Of a stretch of 64,000 bases of DNA, positions 38,852-52,182 are shown piece by piece (position 1 is the first letter of the stretch; the number at the start of each line of letters is the position of its first letter). The position numbers were made by a program, and so were the translations under genes. The notes beneath the pieces were generated by a model. That model made no database searches, was not told where the DNA came from, and was given only the letters and a program-made list of their open reading frames with translations. Location: NCBI RefSeq assembly GCF_006345805.1, contig NC_043000.1:122202001-122266000 (forward strand), given 5' to 3'. Origin of the DNA: Octopus sinensis. Taxonomy: Eukaryota.

Positions 38852-39227
38852 CGGTCAAACATTTTGATCGATCATCGGGGTTACTATATTTTATCGACCT
38901 AGAAACAGCGAACGGTTGTTGGTTCCCGATGGATTTGAACGCACTTTATCTGAACGCAAGGTGATAGATCAAATATTCTAAAGGTACTCTACAAATTCTT
39001 GATAAGTTGGATTATTATTGAGGTCCAGTGCAGTAGAATGCTTCTTTTTTTTTTTTTTGAGGGGAATAATTTCTATTTGACTGTAAAGAATGCTCCCGTG
39101 CTGCAATATATTTTGCTGAACTGCTACAAGTACAACGCTGTTCCTTTTGTGGGCTAGTTTCTCAGTTGTAGTTATAATTACCATCGATGTATATAATTAC
39201 CATCGAAGTTCAATATCTGAAAATAAC

Positions 39228-39567
39228 CCTATTCATGCTGTTCAGCATTATTCTGCATTTGAGAATAAATTATTTCCATATCTGTATATTTCAATACATC
39301 TCAACTCTTCTGACAAACTTGTTTGTTTACCTTTGAATTTCCCATACAGCGTCTATTTGAAGATAAATTTATAAGTAAATAAATTGTAAAAAAATTTGAC
39401 AGTGGGCAGTTTAGCTTAGTGATAAAGCACTTGGCCGGTAGTCACAGATATGAGAGTTTGAGTCTCAGGGCTGGTCGCTGACAATTTTTTCTGCAATATT
39501 AGGAATATTTATCCTATTCATGCTGTTCATCATTATTCTGCACTTGAGAAAAAATTATTTCCATATC
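39228..39567 (+). other. tRNA-like (Pol III box A/B) sequence between 55-bp direct repeats
   Basis: Direct repeats at 39228-39282 and 39513-39567 (3 mismatches); TAGCTTAGTGATAAAGC at 39412-39428 and GAGTTTGAGTCTC near 39454; no convincing cloverleaf. Confidence 0.7.
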
Positions 39568-40065
39568 GGTTAAAAATAGCTTATAACTGTGACGTAAACA
39601 ACAAACTGACTATTTACCTGACATCATTATAAAGCAGATTTTCCTTAAAAGAGATATTTTGATTCCTAGTATCAATATGTGAGTAATACAACTGAATTAT
39701 TTAGTTTCAAACACGACACTTATAATTTCAGAAAATATATTCCATATTGTTGAATTTTGCTGGTCCCGCTTGTTTCAAGGCTCGTTTTCCAAAAATAGCC
39801 TTGGCTTAGACAAGAGGTAAATCTCTGACATTCTGATGTGTGTGTGTGTGTGTGTATGTGTGTGTATGTGTATGTGTGCGTGCGTGAAGTGTGTGTGCGT
39901 TCCTGTGTGTGGTGTGACTTTACAAACTTTTCTTCGTATTTCTCTTCGATCTCTTACGAAGGGCCTCAGTCCGAAATGCATTGCCTTTTACTAGGCGTTA
40001 AATAATAACCTTATCGCGTTTTCCTTTACTGTGTTCTTATTGAGCTTTAAATAGATACATACATG

Positions 40066-40350
40066 CAGTGGCGGACAGGGTCTAAAAATATTGGTTGCCG
40101 GGAGACTAAGGAGACTCACTACAATACTATCATTTAGTTTATTTTTCTTTTTAGTTAAAATTATTCTTTTCAATTGTCTACAAATACAGCCAGGCTGAAA
40201 TAATGCATTCTTCCTGGAGTGAATAAAATATTCTCAAACCTGAGGAGATAGTCCCCTTAGACAATAACATGAGTCCTAATATATGGATTCTGATGACACA
40301 GGAGTCTGCATGCCATCGGACAAGCTGGAAAGCTGGCCAGTCCGCCACTG
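40066..40350. mobile_element. hAT-type MITE (285 bp)
   Basis: 11-bp TIR CAGTGGCGGAC / GTCCGCCACTG; perfect 8-bp TSD CATACATG at 40058-40065 and 40351-40358 (8-bp TSDs are typical of hAT). Confidence 0.85.
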
Positions 40351-41212
40351 CATACATGTATGTATAAATACACGAAAACACAGCTATAAATATGCGTATG
40401 CATATATGTACACATATCCATATATTTTTGTGTCTGCGTGTACGTGTGTATATGTCTCTCTGTCTGTTTATCTGTATTTATGCATGTATGTACGTATCAT
40501 TCCATTTCGAAATTTGAATAAGATTTTCTTTCTTATATTAGGAAATCTTGATCTGTATTCTATGGAAATTGCGACCAAGTAACCTAAGTTAGGATTACCT
40601 GCATATAGTATGAATTGCCTTTTCAAATGCATATTTCGGAATGTTTATTCATCATACTGAGTTCCAGAGAAATCGTTACGTTTTGTATTATTAGAATCTT
40701 TTATACTTCACACACACACGCACAAACACACACGCATGTATCAATCTATTATATATATGCATAATGAAATGAATTGACGATGTGTGCAATAGAATCATAT
40801 GAGTGTGTAGGCATGTATGCGCATGCATGGAACTCTACCCGATTAAATCATTAGGAATTTTGTCTTCGTACGTCCAGAACATTTGTAGACAAACGGAATT
40901 CGATAACATACATAATAGATTGAAATGATTACCGGAGTTTTTGTAATCAGCTAATATTTATTGAACGCGCTGAACCAGCAACGGTCGCAGTTCAATCGCA
41001 GAAAACTATTAAAGAATAAAGCTGGAATTATATTCGAAGATTTAAATCGAAATATCTATAATAGCCTATAGTTTCCGTCATTAATATTTGTAAATGAACT
41101 GTGCGCATGAACAACACACGCATATTTCGAAATGTCCATGCACATATATATAGTCATATATATATATATATATGTGTGTGTTTGTGTGTGTGTATGTGTG
41201 TGTGTGCATGTA

Positions 41213-41252
<40 letters not shown>

Positions 41253-41259
41253 TATACCT

Positions 41260-41322
<63 letters not shown>

Positions 41323-41769
41323 TATATAGTCAAGACATAGTATGGTAAGCATCCGAAAATACTTTGCTTCGCTCTTTTCCAGAGATAGATCTATATTTAT
41401 CAATGATACAGAAGTATATTGAAGTAGAGTGCAGGGTATTTTGTCTTTGCATTCTGTTATAGATGAGGATTCTGTACAAGATGTAAAGCAGGAGCATATT
41501 ATTGTAGAAATGAGTAATATGACTAAGTCGAAAAGCTTCTATATCAAACAGGAGTAACTTTCATCATATTTTCTTTACTCATGATTTATTCATAACATAA
41601 TTGTGAATATATTTTTCCAGAGATTTCTTGAATCTGCCGGATTAGTTACTTACGCTTCAGATTTGTCCTAGATTCTCAATGAAGAATTAAATCTGGTAGA
41701 GGCACAGAAGTTATAATCGTTTGTATCAGACCTTCGCAGTAAATGTGAAAATATGAGGAACTACCAAAG

Positions 41770-41950
41770 ATTCATAGAAGTACTGGAAGCCTTTGACACA
41801 GTGAAACAAAGTCTCCTACGAATTATGGGCTCTCCACCTTATATTTGTCCAACTACAAAGAACTGTGAAGGCCTACTTCAACTTAAGTGGTGCTCTCTCG
41901 GAATTCATTCCAATAATGTTAAGCAGAGCTATACACCTACGCCAAATTTA
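41770..41950 (+). mobile_element. RTE-clade LINE RT relic
   Basis: FIEVLEAFDTVKQSLLRIMGSPP..NNVKQSYTPTPNL resembles FID..KAFDTV..GCP..NGVKQGCVLAPTLF. Confidence 0.6.
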
Positions 41951-42242
41951 TAATCATTATTACCTTACAAAGAGGTAGAAGCTCGGTGTTATCACATTTC
42001 TACTTTACGAAAATGAGAACATAAATTACGTATAAAATGGGTTATTATCAAAAGGCAAATACCATAAATAACTATATTGTAATGAAATTAATATATTTTA
42101 GCAAACTTCGTAATATTCCACATGAAAAGTCCAATGCTTAATAAAATTATCACGTATATATGTGTGTGTATGTGTGTGTGTTTATATATATGACTGTGTG
42201 TGTATGAGTGCGTGTATATGTTTATATATATGTATATATATA

Positions 42243-42275
<33 letters not shown>

Positions 42276-42994
42276 CGTACACTCGCACAACGTAACGGAT
42301 GTGGAAACATCACTCACAAATTATTTATAAAGTAAGGACCAGAAAAATCAAAACTCCTTTGCTTTGCATCTTCTTAATATTGAAAATAAACCTTAAGCAA
42401 ACCCGTTTTTCTGATTTTTTTTAATAAGTAAACTTTTCATTGCTTCTAACTTGAAATTAATAAAAGATTAAAATTTAAATTGTAACAATAAAAATGTCTT
42501 ATTCTCACGGAAAAAAAAAATCGTAAATAATACCCTTCGTATGTTTTCGCATTAAGAAAAACAATGAATTTTAAAGAAAAACTTAAAATGCAATACAAAT
42601 ATACTCAGATGAATAAAGAATATTTAAAACTAGAATTTAGCTCTCAAATTGAAATAGCAAATTTATAAATATTATATTAGAAACAATTTTATCTATATGC
42701 TAATATTTTGAATTAAAACATTATAGCGATGCTGAAACGAACGTTTTGGTAATATAATTTTTCATTGTGGTACATATTTTGAAAGTTGTTTAGAAATAGA
42801 GATACATAAAGGAAATATTTCTTACAAAATTCATATAAAGCAAGTGTTACATTAATTCCTCAAACAGGAAACAGCGAAAGGTGTTTCTTATGTATTAAAA
42901 GAAAAGTACGACATCCGCGTGTTCTTTCCTTTTACCCCATACAGCTAAATATGACGAACATTCGATTGACTTTAAATTCACAAAATGATTTCAT

Positions 42995-43175
42995 TAGGCG
43001 TAGGAGTGGCTGTGTGGTAAGTAGCTTGCTTACGAACCACATGGTTCCGGGTTCAGTCCCACTGCGTGACACCTCGGGCAAGTAACTTATACTATAGCCT
43101 CGGGCTGACCAAAGCCTTGTGAGTGGATTTGGTAGACGAAAACTGAAAGAAGACTGTCGTATATATATATATATG

Positions 43176-43227
<52 letters not shown>

Positions 43228-43445
43228 TATTTGTGTGTATGTATATGTTTGTGTGTCTGTGTTTGTCCGCCAACGACCGCTGTTGGTGTGTTTACGTTCC
43301 CATAACTTAGCGGTTCGGCAAAAGAGAGCGATAGAATAAGTACTAGGCTTACAAAGAATAAGTCCTGGGGTCTATTTGCTCGACTAAAGGCGGTGCTCCA
43401 GCATGGCCGCAGTGAAATAATTGAAGCAAATAAACAAATAAAAGA
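42995..43445 (+). mobile_element. Family-A SINE
   Basis: Full copy with an internal (TA)(TG)n run of ~120 bp. Confidence 0.9.
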
Positions 43446-43857
43446 AAAAGAAAAAGAAAGATCAAGCATGATATTATGATAAACGAAACAGAAGTAATGG
43501 ATTTGCTATTAGATTTACGCCAACTATATATGTATGTATATATATCGGGTCCAATTTTGTGTAAGCATGAAGGTACGCTGGCAAAACGCTAAGTGGAAAG
43601 TGGTAAGTAGCTTGCTTACGAACCACATGCCATTGTGGTTTTCTGGCATTAAAAAAAGCAGGCATTGCTGCCCATTCAAGAAAACATACAGCAAATAATT
43701 CACAAGCACTCGAGCAAATTGAGTTCTCAAATTCTTCCATTTGCCAAAATGCTTGCAAGGCACCAGCAGGCCACAAGTAATTCATTCTCGTTCATACAAT
43801 ATCATTAGCGTTTTATTTTACTGAAAATTTATTTGCCGTTCACGACGAGGGGAATCC

Positions 43858-43933
<76 letters not shown>

Positions 43934-43961
43934 CATTATATATACATATATATATCTTATT

Positions 43962-44227
43962 TCTCTTTTATCTCTTTTACTTGTTTCACTCATTTGAATG
44001 CGGCCATACTGGAGCACCGCCTTTAGTCGAGCAACTCGACCCCAGGACTTATTCTTTGTAAGTCTAGTACTTATTCTATCGGTCTCTTTTGCAGAACCGC
44101 TAAGTTACAGGGACGTAAACCCACCAGCATCGGTTGTCAAGCGATGTTGGGGGGACAAACACAGACACACAAACACATACACATACATACATGTATATAT
44201 ATATAAATATATACGACGGGCGTCTTT
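43962..44227 (-). mobile_element. Family-A SINE 3' half
   Basis: Reverse-complement tail, body and microsatellite; breaks just past the microsatellite. Confidence 0.85.
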
Positions 44228-44449
44228 CACAAGGAATAACATTGTTGGAAATGAAGGAGAGTACTGATTCACTTTCTGAAGCGACCCTTATCGGCATGGG
44301 TCCATCTTAGTAATTTCTCTCCACTGTAATATTCTACAGTCATAATTCCTTGTTTTTTTGTTAAAGTGATCCTATTTTATGTAACCTACATATTGCAATA
44401 TATGTATGGTGTCAAGTAGTACAATTTTTCTAATGTTGTGTCTCTAAAA

Positions 44450-45000
44450 ATCAGGTGTTCCTACTTGTTTTTGTATTTACCTGAATGTTTTCTAAGATGT
44501 TCCTGAAGCGCCTATTATCTTAGAGATTGCTTGTTTCTTTTCGCTGCAATTTTGTTTTCTCTGTTTCCTTATCTTCATACTTTGATCGCCTTTCCATTTA
44601 ATTTAGAGATACATGTTCATGTATGAGAATTGATACACCTGAAGGATACCGCCTGAACGATTTACTTTCATCTTCATATCTACGAATATTTTCGCAGTGT
44701 GGTTACTGTTTTATTCTGTGCTAATATCTGCAATGTATATTACAACCATCTTTTTCTATGATTTTAAAACGCTAACATAATTTCTAATACTTGAAATCTC
44801 TACATCTGCCAAAACATTGATTCTACTTTATAAAGCGAAGGTCAGAAACAATTGGATCGATCGTTTATTCAGAGCATCCATATGTTCTGATGAAATGTTC
44901 TGTTTTCTGCTTCATTAAATTTATTGTTATTTTCCAGTAGGGATCTTCCGATCTTGTTCCTCAATAAAAGATCATTCGACCTTAGTTATCATTCCCTTCA
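44450..45000 (-). mobile_element. Decayed RTE-like RT relic
   Basis: ENIRRYEDES (consensus NNLRYADD) followed by a KTK motif; many stops. Confidence 0.4.
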
Positions 45001-45217
45001 CAGAACATATTTTCCGATTTACAACCTCTTTTCTTAGTCTTTTTATATATATTGGCAACTTTGTGTTCTTGAGCGGTAAAATATTCCCAAGACATTATGT
45101 AACAATCATTTTGATTTCAGGCCTTTCATACTTATCTCTTGCATGAAATTCTGCAGCAAATCTTTTTTCAATTTTTGTTCATATTTTGTAGTTATTTATA
45201 TTAGTTTTACCTTATAA

Positions 45218-45633
45218 GAGGCGGCGAGCTGGCAGAAACCTTAGCGCGTCGGGTGAAATGCTTAGCGGTATTTCGTCTGCCGTTACGTTCTGAGTTCAAA
45301 TTCCGCCGAGGTCGACTTTGCCGTTCATCCTTTCGGGGTCAATTAAATAAGTACCAATTACGCACAGGGGTCGATATATTCGACTTAATCCGTTTGTCTG
45401 TCCTTGTTTGCCCTCTCTGTGTTTAGCTCCTTGTGGGTAGTAAAGAAATAGGTATTTCGTCTGCCGCTACCTTCTGAGTTCAAATTCCGCCGAGGTCGAC
45501 TTTGCCTTTCATCCTCTTGGGGTCGATAAATTAAGTACCAGTTTCGCACTGGGTTGATGTAATCGACTTAATCCCTTTGTCTATTCTTGTTTGTCTCCTC
45601 TATGTTTAGCACCTTGTGGGTATTAAAGAAATA
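45218..45633 (+). mobile_element. Family-B SINE head-to-tail dimer with 21-bp TSD
   Basis: Full monomer 45218-45450 plus 5'-truncated monomer 45451-45633; TATATTAGTTTTACCTTATAA at 45197-45217 and 45634-45654. Confidence 0.92.
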
Positions 45634-46339
45634 TATATTAGTTTTACCTTATAAACTACGGGTTGTTTTATATTATCATACTAGATGATAGTTCACAATA
45701 ATTTTGTACTTTCAAAAGTCCCTTATATCTTTCCACGTGTGTGTAATATAATCTTTCTTTGGCGGATTCCATTTGTTAAATTTTAAATTTAGTTTTTGAT
45801 TTTCTTGTTTTCTTTTGTAATCTTGCTTATACAATTTGTTTCCATTTGAAAATATTATGACAAAACACACGCTCACACACACACATACATAGAAAATACA
45901 AAAACACGGACATTCAAGCACATGAATATGCAGGATACATACATACAGATGCACACAAATACATACATATATACATATGCATGCACACATATATATATAT
46001 ATATACATACACGCATACATACGTGCATGCATGCATAGCCACACACTCACACACACGGACATCCACACACTGACCTACACACACATGCGCACAAACAAAA
46101 AAAAAGGAACGCAGTTTAATAACGGACAGAGTCAAGTCTCATGAAAAGTTTGCAAGATGCAACGAAAATTTTAGGAAAATAAAAATAAGAAATAAGTGGA
46201 AATTTCACCTGTGAATGTGTTACGTTATAAGGCGCAAAAAGAAAATGACTCTCCCCAGACACAACAGAATAGACACACGAACTCATATAAATAATCTTGG
46301 CAACCAAATCCAAAAACGAAATAAAATGATTACTAAATT

Positions 46340-46520
46340 GTCTAAAATATCCAAATATTATTGCTTTCCTTTTGCTATTTAGGTCTGATTTAACTTTTAG
46401 TCTAATGATTCTATAGTATTCTTTTCTAAGCTTCTTTTTTCTTTCATCTCTATATATTATTAATACCAAGACATTTGCTAATCTCGGTTTGTTATAATTT
46501 TCTGATCTTCCATTGTTTAG
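46340..46520 (-). mobile_element. R4/Dong-clade LINE relic (RT thumb region)
   Basis: KEYYRIIRLKVKSDLNSKRKAI resembles KEY..R.R.ILKS.LNS.NK..AI. Confidence 0.55.
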
Positions 46521-46850
46521 CAAACGGATCAGTTAGGGTTTTTTTTTAATTACTTTTCTTGCTTCTAAAAATACATCCATCTTCATAATCTATTGAATCT
46601 GCGTACTATATGTAGCAGCGTCGGCAGTTGATTTTATTTATAGTATGGAATGGGAGGTGGACCATATACGAAGAGTGGATTTAACATTCGGCTTGCCTAG
46701 TATATTAGTTTAACTCTATTTGCTCTCGCCAGGAAAGGAGAAAAGTGAAGAAGCTTTCAGTGAACATTCCACTTCCTCTAGGGATTGGACCAGTTAAATG
46801 TTTCCGTATAGTTAGAGTATATAATACTGACCATCCTCTTTCTCTTTTAG

Positions 46851-46878
46851 CAGTCTGTGTTTAAGCCTTTCTTAATCA
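46851..46878 (+). other. Candidate microexon (28 nt; 25 nt with the NAGNAG alternative)
   Basis: Branch-like TACTGAC, then CATCCTCTTTCTCTTTTAG|CAG; donor TCA|GTAAGT. Confidence 0.28.
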
Positions 46879-47229
46879 GTAAGTTGTCTTCTCAACAATA
46901 TCAGCCTTTCAAGCATAATTCCTCTTCGTCTGAGAATGGTTTGTATTTGGTTAGGTTTTGTTTTTTCTATCTCAGTTGCCAATTAAATTGCCTGAGGTTT
47001 TATTACTAATACGTTTTGTATACGGTGTGCAGACGATTTATATGTCTCTAGGTTTGTGGGGTTGTTTTCAGTCTCGTAAATTGACGTAGAATTGTTTTTG
47101 TTTATGTTTGCGCTACATTTAAGTGTCATACATAGGTTTATCTGTAAATTAATATATTTATGAGCACAGTAATATGTGTTTGCACTTTAAACTTGTGAAG
47201 GCGCTTAGCTCAGTAGTTAGAATGAGTTT

Positions 47230-47890
47230 TTCTTGTCCCAACTTGACCTTGCACCAACAAGATATCAGAACATTTTAGACACTGTGCTTAGTAACAACAC
47301 TAACACAATACACAATATTGCAGTGGAAAAACCCCTTCTTTCAGACCATGACATGGTTCTCTGTAAACTGAGATTCCACCGGCCGACAGCTAAGCTTAGT
47401 GATCTCTCTTCAAATGATATTCCTGGTATCAAATGTCTATGATGCCGACTGGGACGCAATCATAAACGATCTATCACATGATCTGGTCTTTCACACATGC
47501 ACACACCTCCACCAGCATCAAAATATCTTGGCAGATCTTTGTAGATACTGTCAATTCCCCCAAACAGAAAAACGATTATTAGAAAAAAAATTAATAAACT
47601 AAAATACTGCCAAAAGTCACGCATAATTTCGACGGCCATCACCTTGCTCGAATAAAAAAAATATAAACCCCCAACAAGGCATGAAGTCTATCATCAATAA
47701 CCAAAGAATAGCTGAGGAGAAATGGATCTTTGAGAAAATCAAACTCAACCCCAAAAGTGTTCTCTTTTACGGAAAACACAAGGTCACTCTCTCCAATGTT
47801 GGCCCTCAAATTGAAAATGGCAATCTCCTAGGTAAAACTGAAACCATGAGTGAGAAACCGCAGAAACAGTACTGCTCCGTTTTTATCAAC
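47230..47890 (+). mobile_element. CR1-like LINE ORF2 relic (APE endonuclease end and linker)
   Basis: APTRYQNILDTVLSNN..LSDHDMVL and EKIKLNPKSVLFYGK..NVGPQIENG..QYCSVF; frameshifted. Confidence 0.8.
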
Positions 47891-48403
47891 CTGATATGGC
47901 TGATCTGGACTATATCAGTGATGATAATCCTCAACACACTGTATTCACATACCACGGACAGGAAGCCTCTTTACCCATTCTACGCAGCATATTCCTTGGA
48001 TAATGGAACAGCAACTGTAACATCCAGCATATAATTTTATTCTCGTATTTCCCTTTATACTTCCTGTATCTCTCTCTTTCAAAATAACTTTTTATAGAGT
48101 GCACTCTACTATTTCCTTCTATTGAAATTCTCTCATATCGCCTCTGATGATGGGATATCATTCATATCCCTGAAACAGCCGTAAGACTACCTTTATCGTT
48201 ATAAATGTCATAGAAATATCACACTGCCTTGGCTTTATTATATCATTTAATTTAACATATGCATGCTCACACGTAACCCGCAATAAACTCCTCACTCATA
48301 TTATTATTCAACTGCGAATCTAACAGCTGTCCTTCCGTAGCACTCACATAGCCTTACTTACCTTTTGGGTTTTCTGGATACCAAAGACATCGCATATTAT
48401 TAC

Positions 48404-48437
<34 letters not shown>

Positions 48438-48495
48438 CGTGTGTGTGTGTCTGTGTGTGTGTGCGTGTGTGTGCGTGTGTGTGCGTGTGTGTATG

Positions 48496-48534
<39 letters not shown>

Positions 48535-49069
48535 ATGTGTGTGTGTGTGTGTGTGTGCATATATTGCCTAAACGTTTTATAATGATGCAGCAAATAACCT
48601 ATTGTTGTGAGAATGCAAGTGTATAGGAGATAGTTAACTGAATTTTATCATTTGCTATTGAAAGTGTCGTTGGTCTATTATTTATCTCCGTTCATTGTAA
48701 TAGCGTCTTAATGTACATTGTTCTTTCAGATGTATTTTACTAGAATATAGCAATTTATACATAGAATTCACTTTTGCCTCTTCGGTAGATCTTTTTATAC
48801 ATGTGTCGTCATCTTCTCGTTCATTCCTACAGAATATGACCAATTTAGCAGATGTATAAGCAGGTGCAGGAATAGTTAGCACAAATGAAATAAGATATTG
48901 CTGACTATTTAAATTTCCGGTAGTAGTAGATACTTCGTTAAATACAATGATATTAAGTTGAGAGGTAACATAAATACTATTATCATACTCATTTCTAACA
49001 CCACCATAAACATTACTAGCACCAAATTAATTTCTTTGTCGGGTATTATTCAAATATACTGTTGACATT

Positions 49070-49560
49070 AATTCAAACTTCGGTTTCTAATTTCATCAGC
49101 AAATGTATTTTAGTAATGCTCAATGAAGGAGGGTTGCCTAGTGAGTCTTGTATTTACGATAGTTAGTGCGGGGTTGAATTTGATTTCTGGATGGTATTGC
49201 AGGTTGTGCTCTGGTCCCTGCAGTTGAAAACGAGTACGAGCGGCATCTGCGGTTAACACTGCGATGGACTATCGTTTCGATCAAAGAGGAGAGTGAAGTA
49301 CTTTTAGTCTCCCAAAAGCTTTAAAAATTATAAGTTTCGGCCTCATGCACCAATAGGCTCGAAGCAGCTCATTTAGCATTTTCTAGGTGGTTGAAAGCTT
49401 TTTGATGAAAGATATATATATGGGCATTCGTTTGCAGTATCGATCACGCGACAACATGTATGATGTGGGGGCATTTGTAACGGACGTTGAGTAGCATATG
49501 ACAACGATTCAATTAATTCACTGCCATGATTTTTATTTCACATTTTGAGCAGGTAACGAA
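49070..49560 (-). mobile_element. Decayed non-LTR RT relic (CR1/Jockey-like)
   Basis: In-order motifs on the minus strand: SKAFN, AIPSRNQIQP (GVPQGS-like), FADD. Confidence 0.45.
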
Positions 49561-50199
49561 CTGCACATCACCATACCCATATGTAATTATGACCGCGTGG
49601 ATTGGCAGAATCATTTGAATGCTGGACAAAATACTTTGCGGTATTTCTTCCGCACTTTTCTATGTTTTGTGTTCAAATTCCACTAGTAGATGAAATACAA
49701 TGGTCACGATTCGGGAAACTAGTAGAAAGCAGGCTGAGGTAGTGTCTTTGAAAGGGTTGACGGCAATGACTGGCATTAGTGGTGCACTATCTCACCTTTT
49801 TTTCATACGATGCACGAGGAGACAAAGAAATTGATTGTCGATCTTTGAAGTATGTTCTTTTTCTCCGATTAAGAGATTCTCCCCTGTTGGTAAGGAGGTT
49901 CATACGAGGACAGCTCCCACTCTAACGTTGCTTCTTGATTCTAGCTGGTGTACAAAGAAGTGTTGTAACCGACAAACCCATAGATATTTCTAAAAGACAA
50001 AAGATGGTGATCAATAAATGCGGTCTTCTCACAGCTCAAATCTTTGTCTGTGCCAAATACATTACTGAAAGAATGTTGACACATTTCATTTAAATCTGTT
50101 CGAAATTTTCTGATAATAGAATTATAGTACTAATTTCTTATCGTTTTCCTTTTTGCATGCCTAGTTCATTCTTTCCTAAGTTTTTGCATGTTTTTGCTT

Positions 50200-50480
50200 A
50201 GTGCAGTTTTCGTACCTCATCCTCTGTATTTAACGTATTAGAGTTCTTAATTTTCCATGGCCAAAGTTGACATGGGCCGTTTCTCTGTTTTGGCAAATTC
50301 ATATATTCTCTGCGTAAATATTCCTAGATATTGTTCACCTGTAGCTTCCATACGCACAACATGTTTGTCTTAGCATAGTATTTATATCTGAATACAGGGT
50401 TGATTAATATGTCGCAGAAAAATATCAGCACCAGATAATTAATGCCGTAGAGACAATACTTCCCCTTGGATTATTCCTCT
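50200..50480 (-). mobile_element. Decayed non-LTR RT relic
   Basis: QGEVLS followed by KYYAKT at YADD spacing; probably extends toward 51.6 kb but is unreadable there. Confidence 0.35.
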
Positions 50481-51774
50481 CCTAGTGAACATTGGTTATG
50501 TATTATAATATATTCTTCTGTTTAATCTGCACAATTGCATGAAATTGAATCATGCTATTTTGTATACTCGTTTACTTATTTTTTATGTAATTTAGTTTTA
50601 CTTGTGCTAGATCACTTTGCGATGTTTATCTACAACACTCACGCGAGAAATACGGTAAAGGACTTAGTCAACACTACCTTTGTTCAAACTCTTCTGGTTT
50701 GCTCTACATAATTTACAGCAGATTCTGTACACAAGGAAGCGATCTTTACAGCCATTTTGTTATCTCATCCATTCTGCTCATCTCAAACACGAGTGTTATT
50801 ATTTACTCCCTAAGATATTACTGCCTTTAAGTCTCTGTAGATTGTAAGAAGTTGGGTTATGGGCCTGTGGTTTGTACGGTTTTCAGTTTAAATCTAGCTA
50901 GACATTCTGATGGAATATCGAGCGCCAACATTATGTCACAAAATATCGCTCCTGACACATTACGCGTCATTTCTAAATACTTTGACTTCAATTTTGAAAC
51001 CATATGTTCTGACGTCCCTCACTTGCTTACGGAACCTGGGCAAATATTTGTTTTTTGTTTTTGCATGTTCTTCCATGTTGTTATGATGTTGTACTCCTTA
51101 TTTATTTTGAACAATCGTGTATATTGTGTTTCTCTCATAAACTTTCCTAAATTCCTCCATTCCTATTTCTGTTTGTGCTGCATCGATTTTTTTTTAGCTT
51201 TACCTCGATGAAATGGTTTGGGGTTGGGGTCAACTATTTGTTTATTTTTTACCAACATTCTCTGCTGTTTTCTATGCATTATTTGCGATCTAGTGATGAA
51301 CCCTTGTTCCAGGTGTTCTTTGATTTCAGATTGTTCTTTGCTATTCTACATTCCTGAACTATTTATCTGACACTTTCTTTTCTCAACTGTATCGTGTCTT
51401 TACAGATTTCGATAAGTATTGAAATATATTTTTCTCTTTTTTCCTATCCATTTTCGTACATTCGATTTCCATATCATTTGCTTTGGTTTTGATATTCCTT
51501 TTGGAATATATCTTAAACCAAACTTACTTTCCATGTAATTACATTGGCTGTAGCTGAATATTCTTATATTATATAGTGTTATAGAAGTTGGTTCTAAAAG
51601 TCTTTATCACCAAATTTTCCGTAAAGATTTGCTGCTACAGAACATTTGTCTCTTATTCTTATGAGGCTGCTATAACAGTCCATATGAATGATCTCTATTG
51701 TTCGTAGTTATTGCATTGTACTTACTTTTAAATTATCAAACTCATTATTTCTACATTTATAATTCAGTATTTTT

Positions 51775-52182
51775 GAGTGGCTGTGTGGTAAGTAGCTTGT
51801 TTACCAACCACATGGTTCCGGGTTCAGTCCTACTACGTGGCACCGTGGGCAAGTGTCTTCTACTATAGCCTCGGGTCGACCAAAGCTTTGTGAGTGGATT
51901 TGGTAGACGGAAACTGAAAGAAGCTTGTCGCATATATATATATATATATGTGTGTGTGTGGTATGTATATGTTTGTGTGGCTGTGTTTGTCCCCCCAACA
52001 TCGCTTGACAACCGATGCTGGTGTGTTTACGTCGCCGTAACTTAGCGGTTCGGCAAAAGAGGCCGATAGAATAAGTACTAGGCTTACAAAGAATAAGTCC
52101 TGGGGTCGATTTGCTCGACTTAAGGCGGTGCTCCAGCATGGCCGCAGGCAAATAACTGAAACAAGCAAAAGAGTAAAAGAGT
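51775..52182 (+). mobile_element. Family-A SINE
   Basis: Full copy. Confidence 0.9.

Noticed and set aside
39404-39478. Functional tRNA gene
   Set aside because: Boxes A and B are degenerate and I could not form acceptor and anticodon stems; kept only as tRNA-like.
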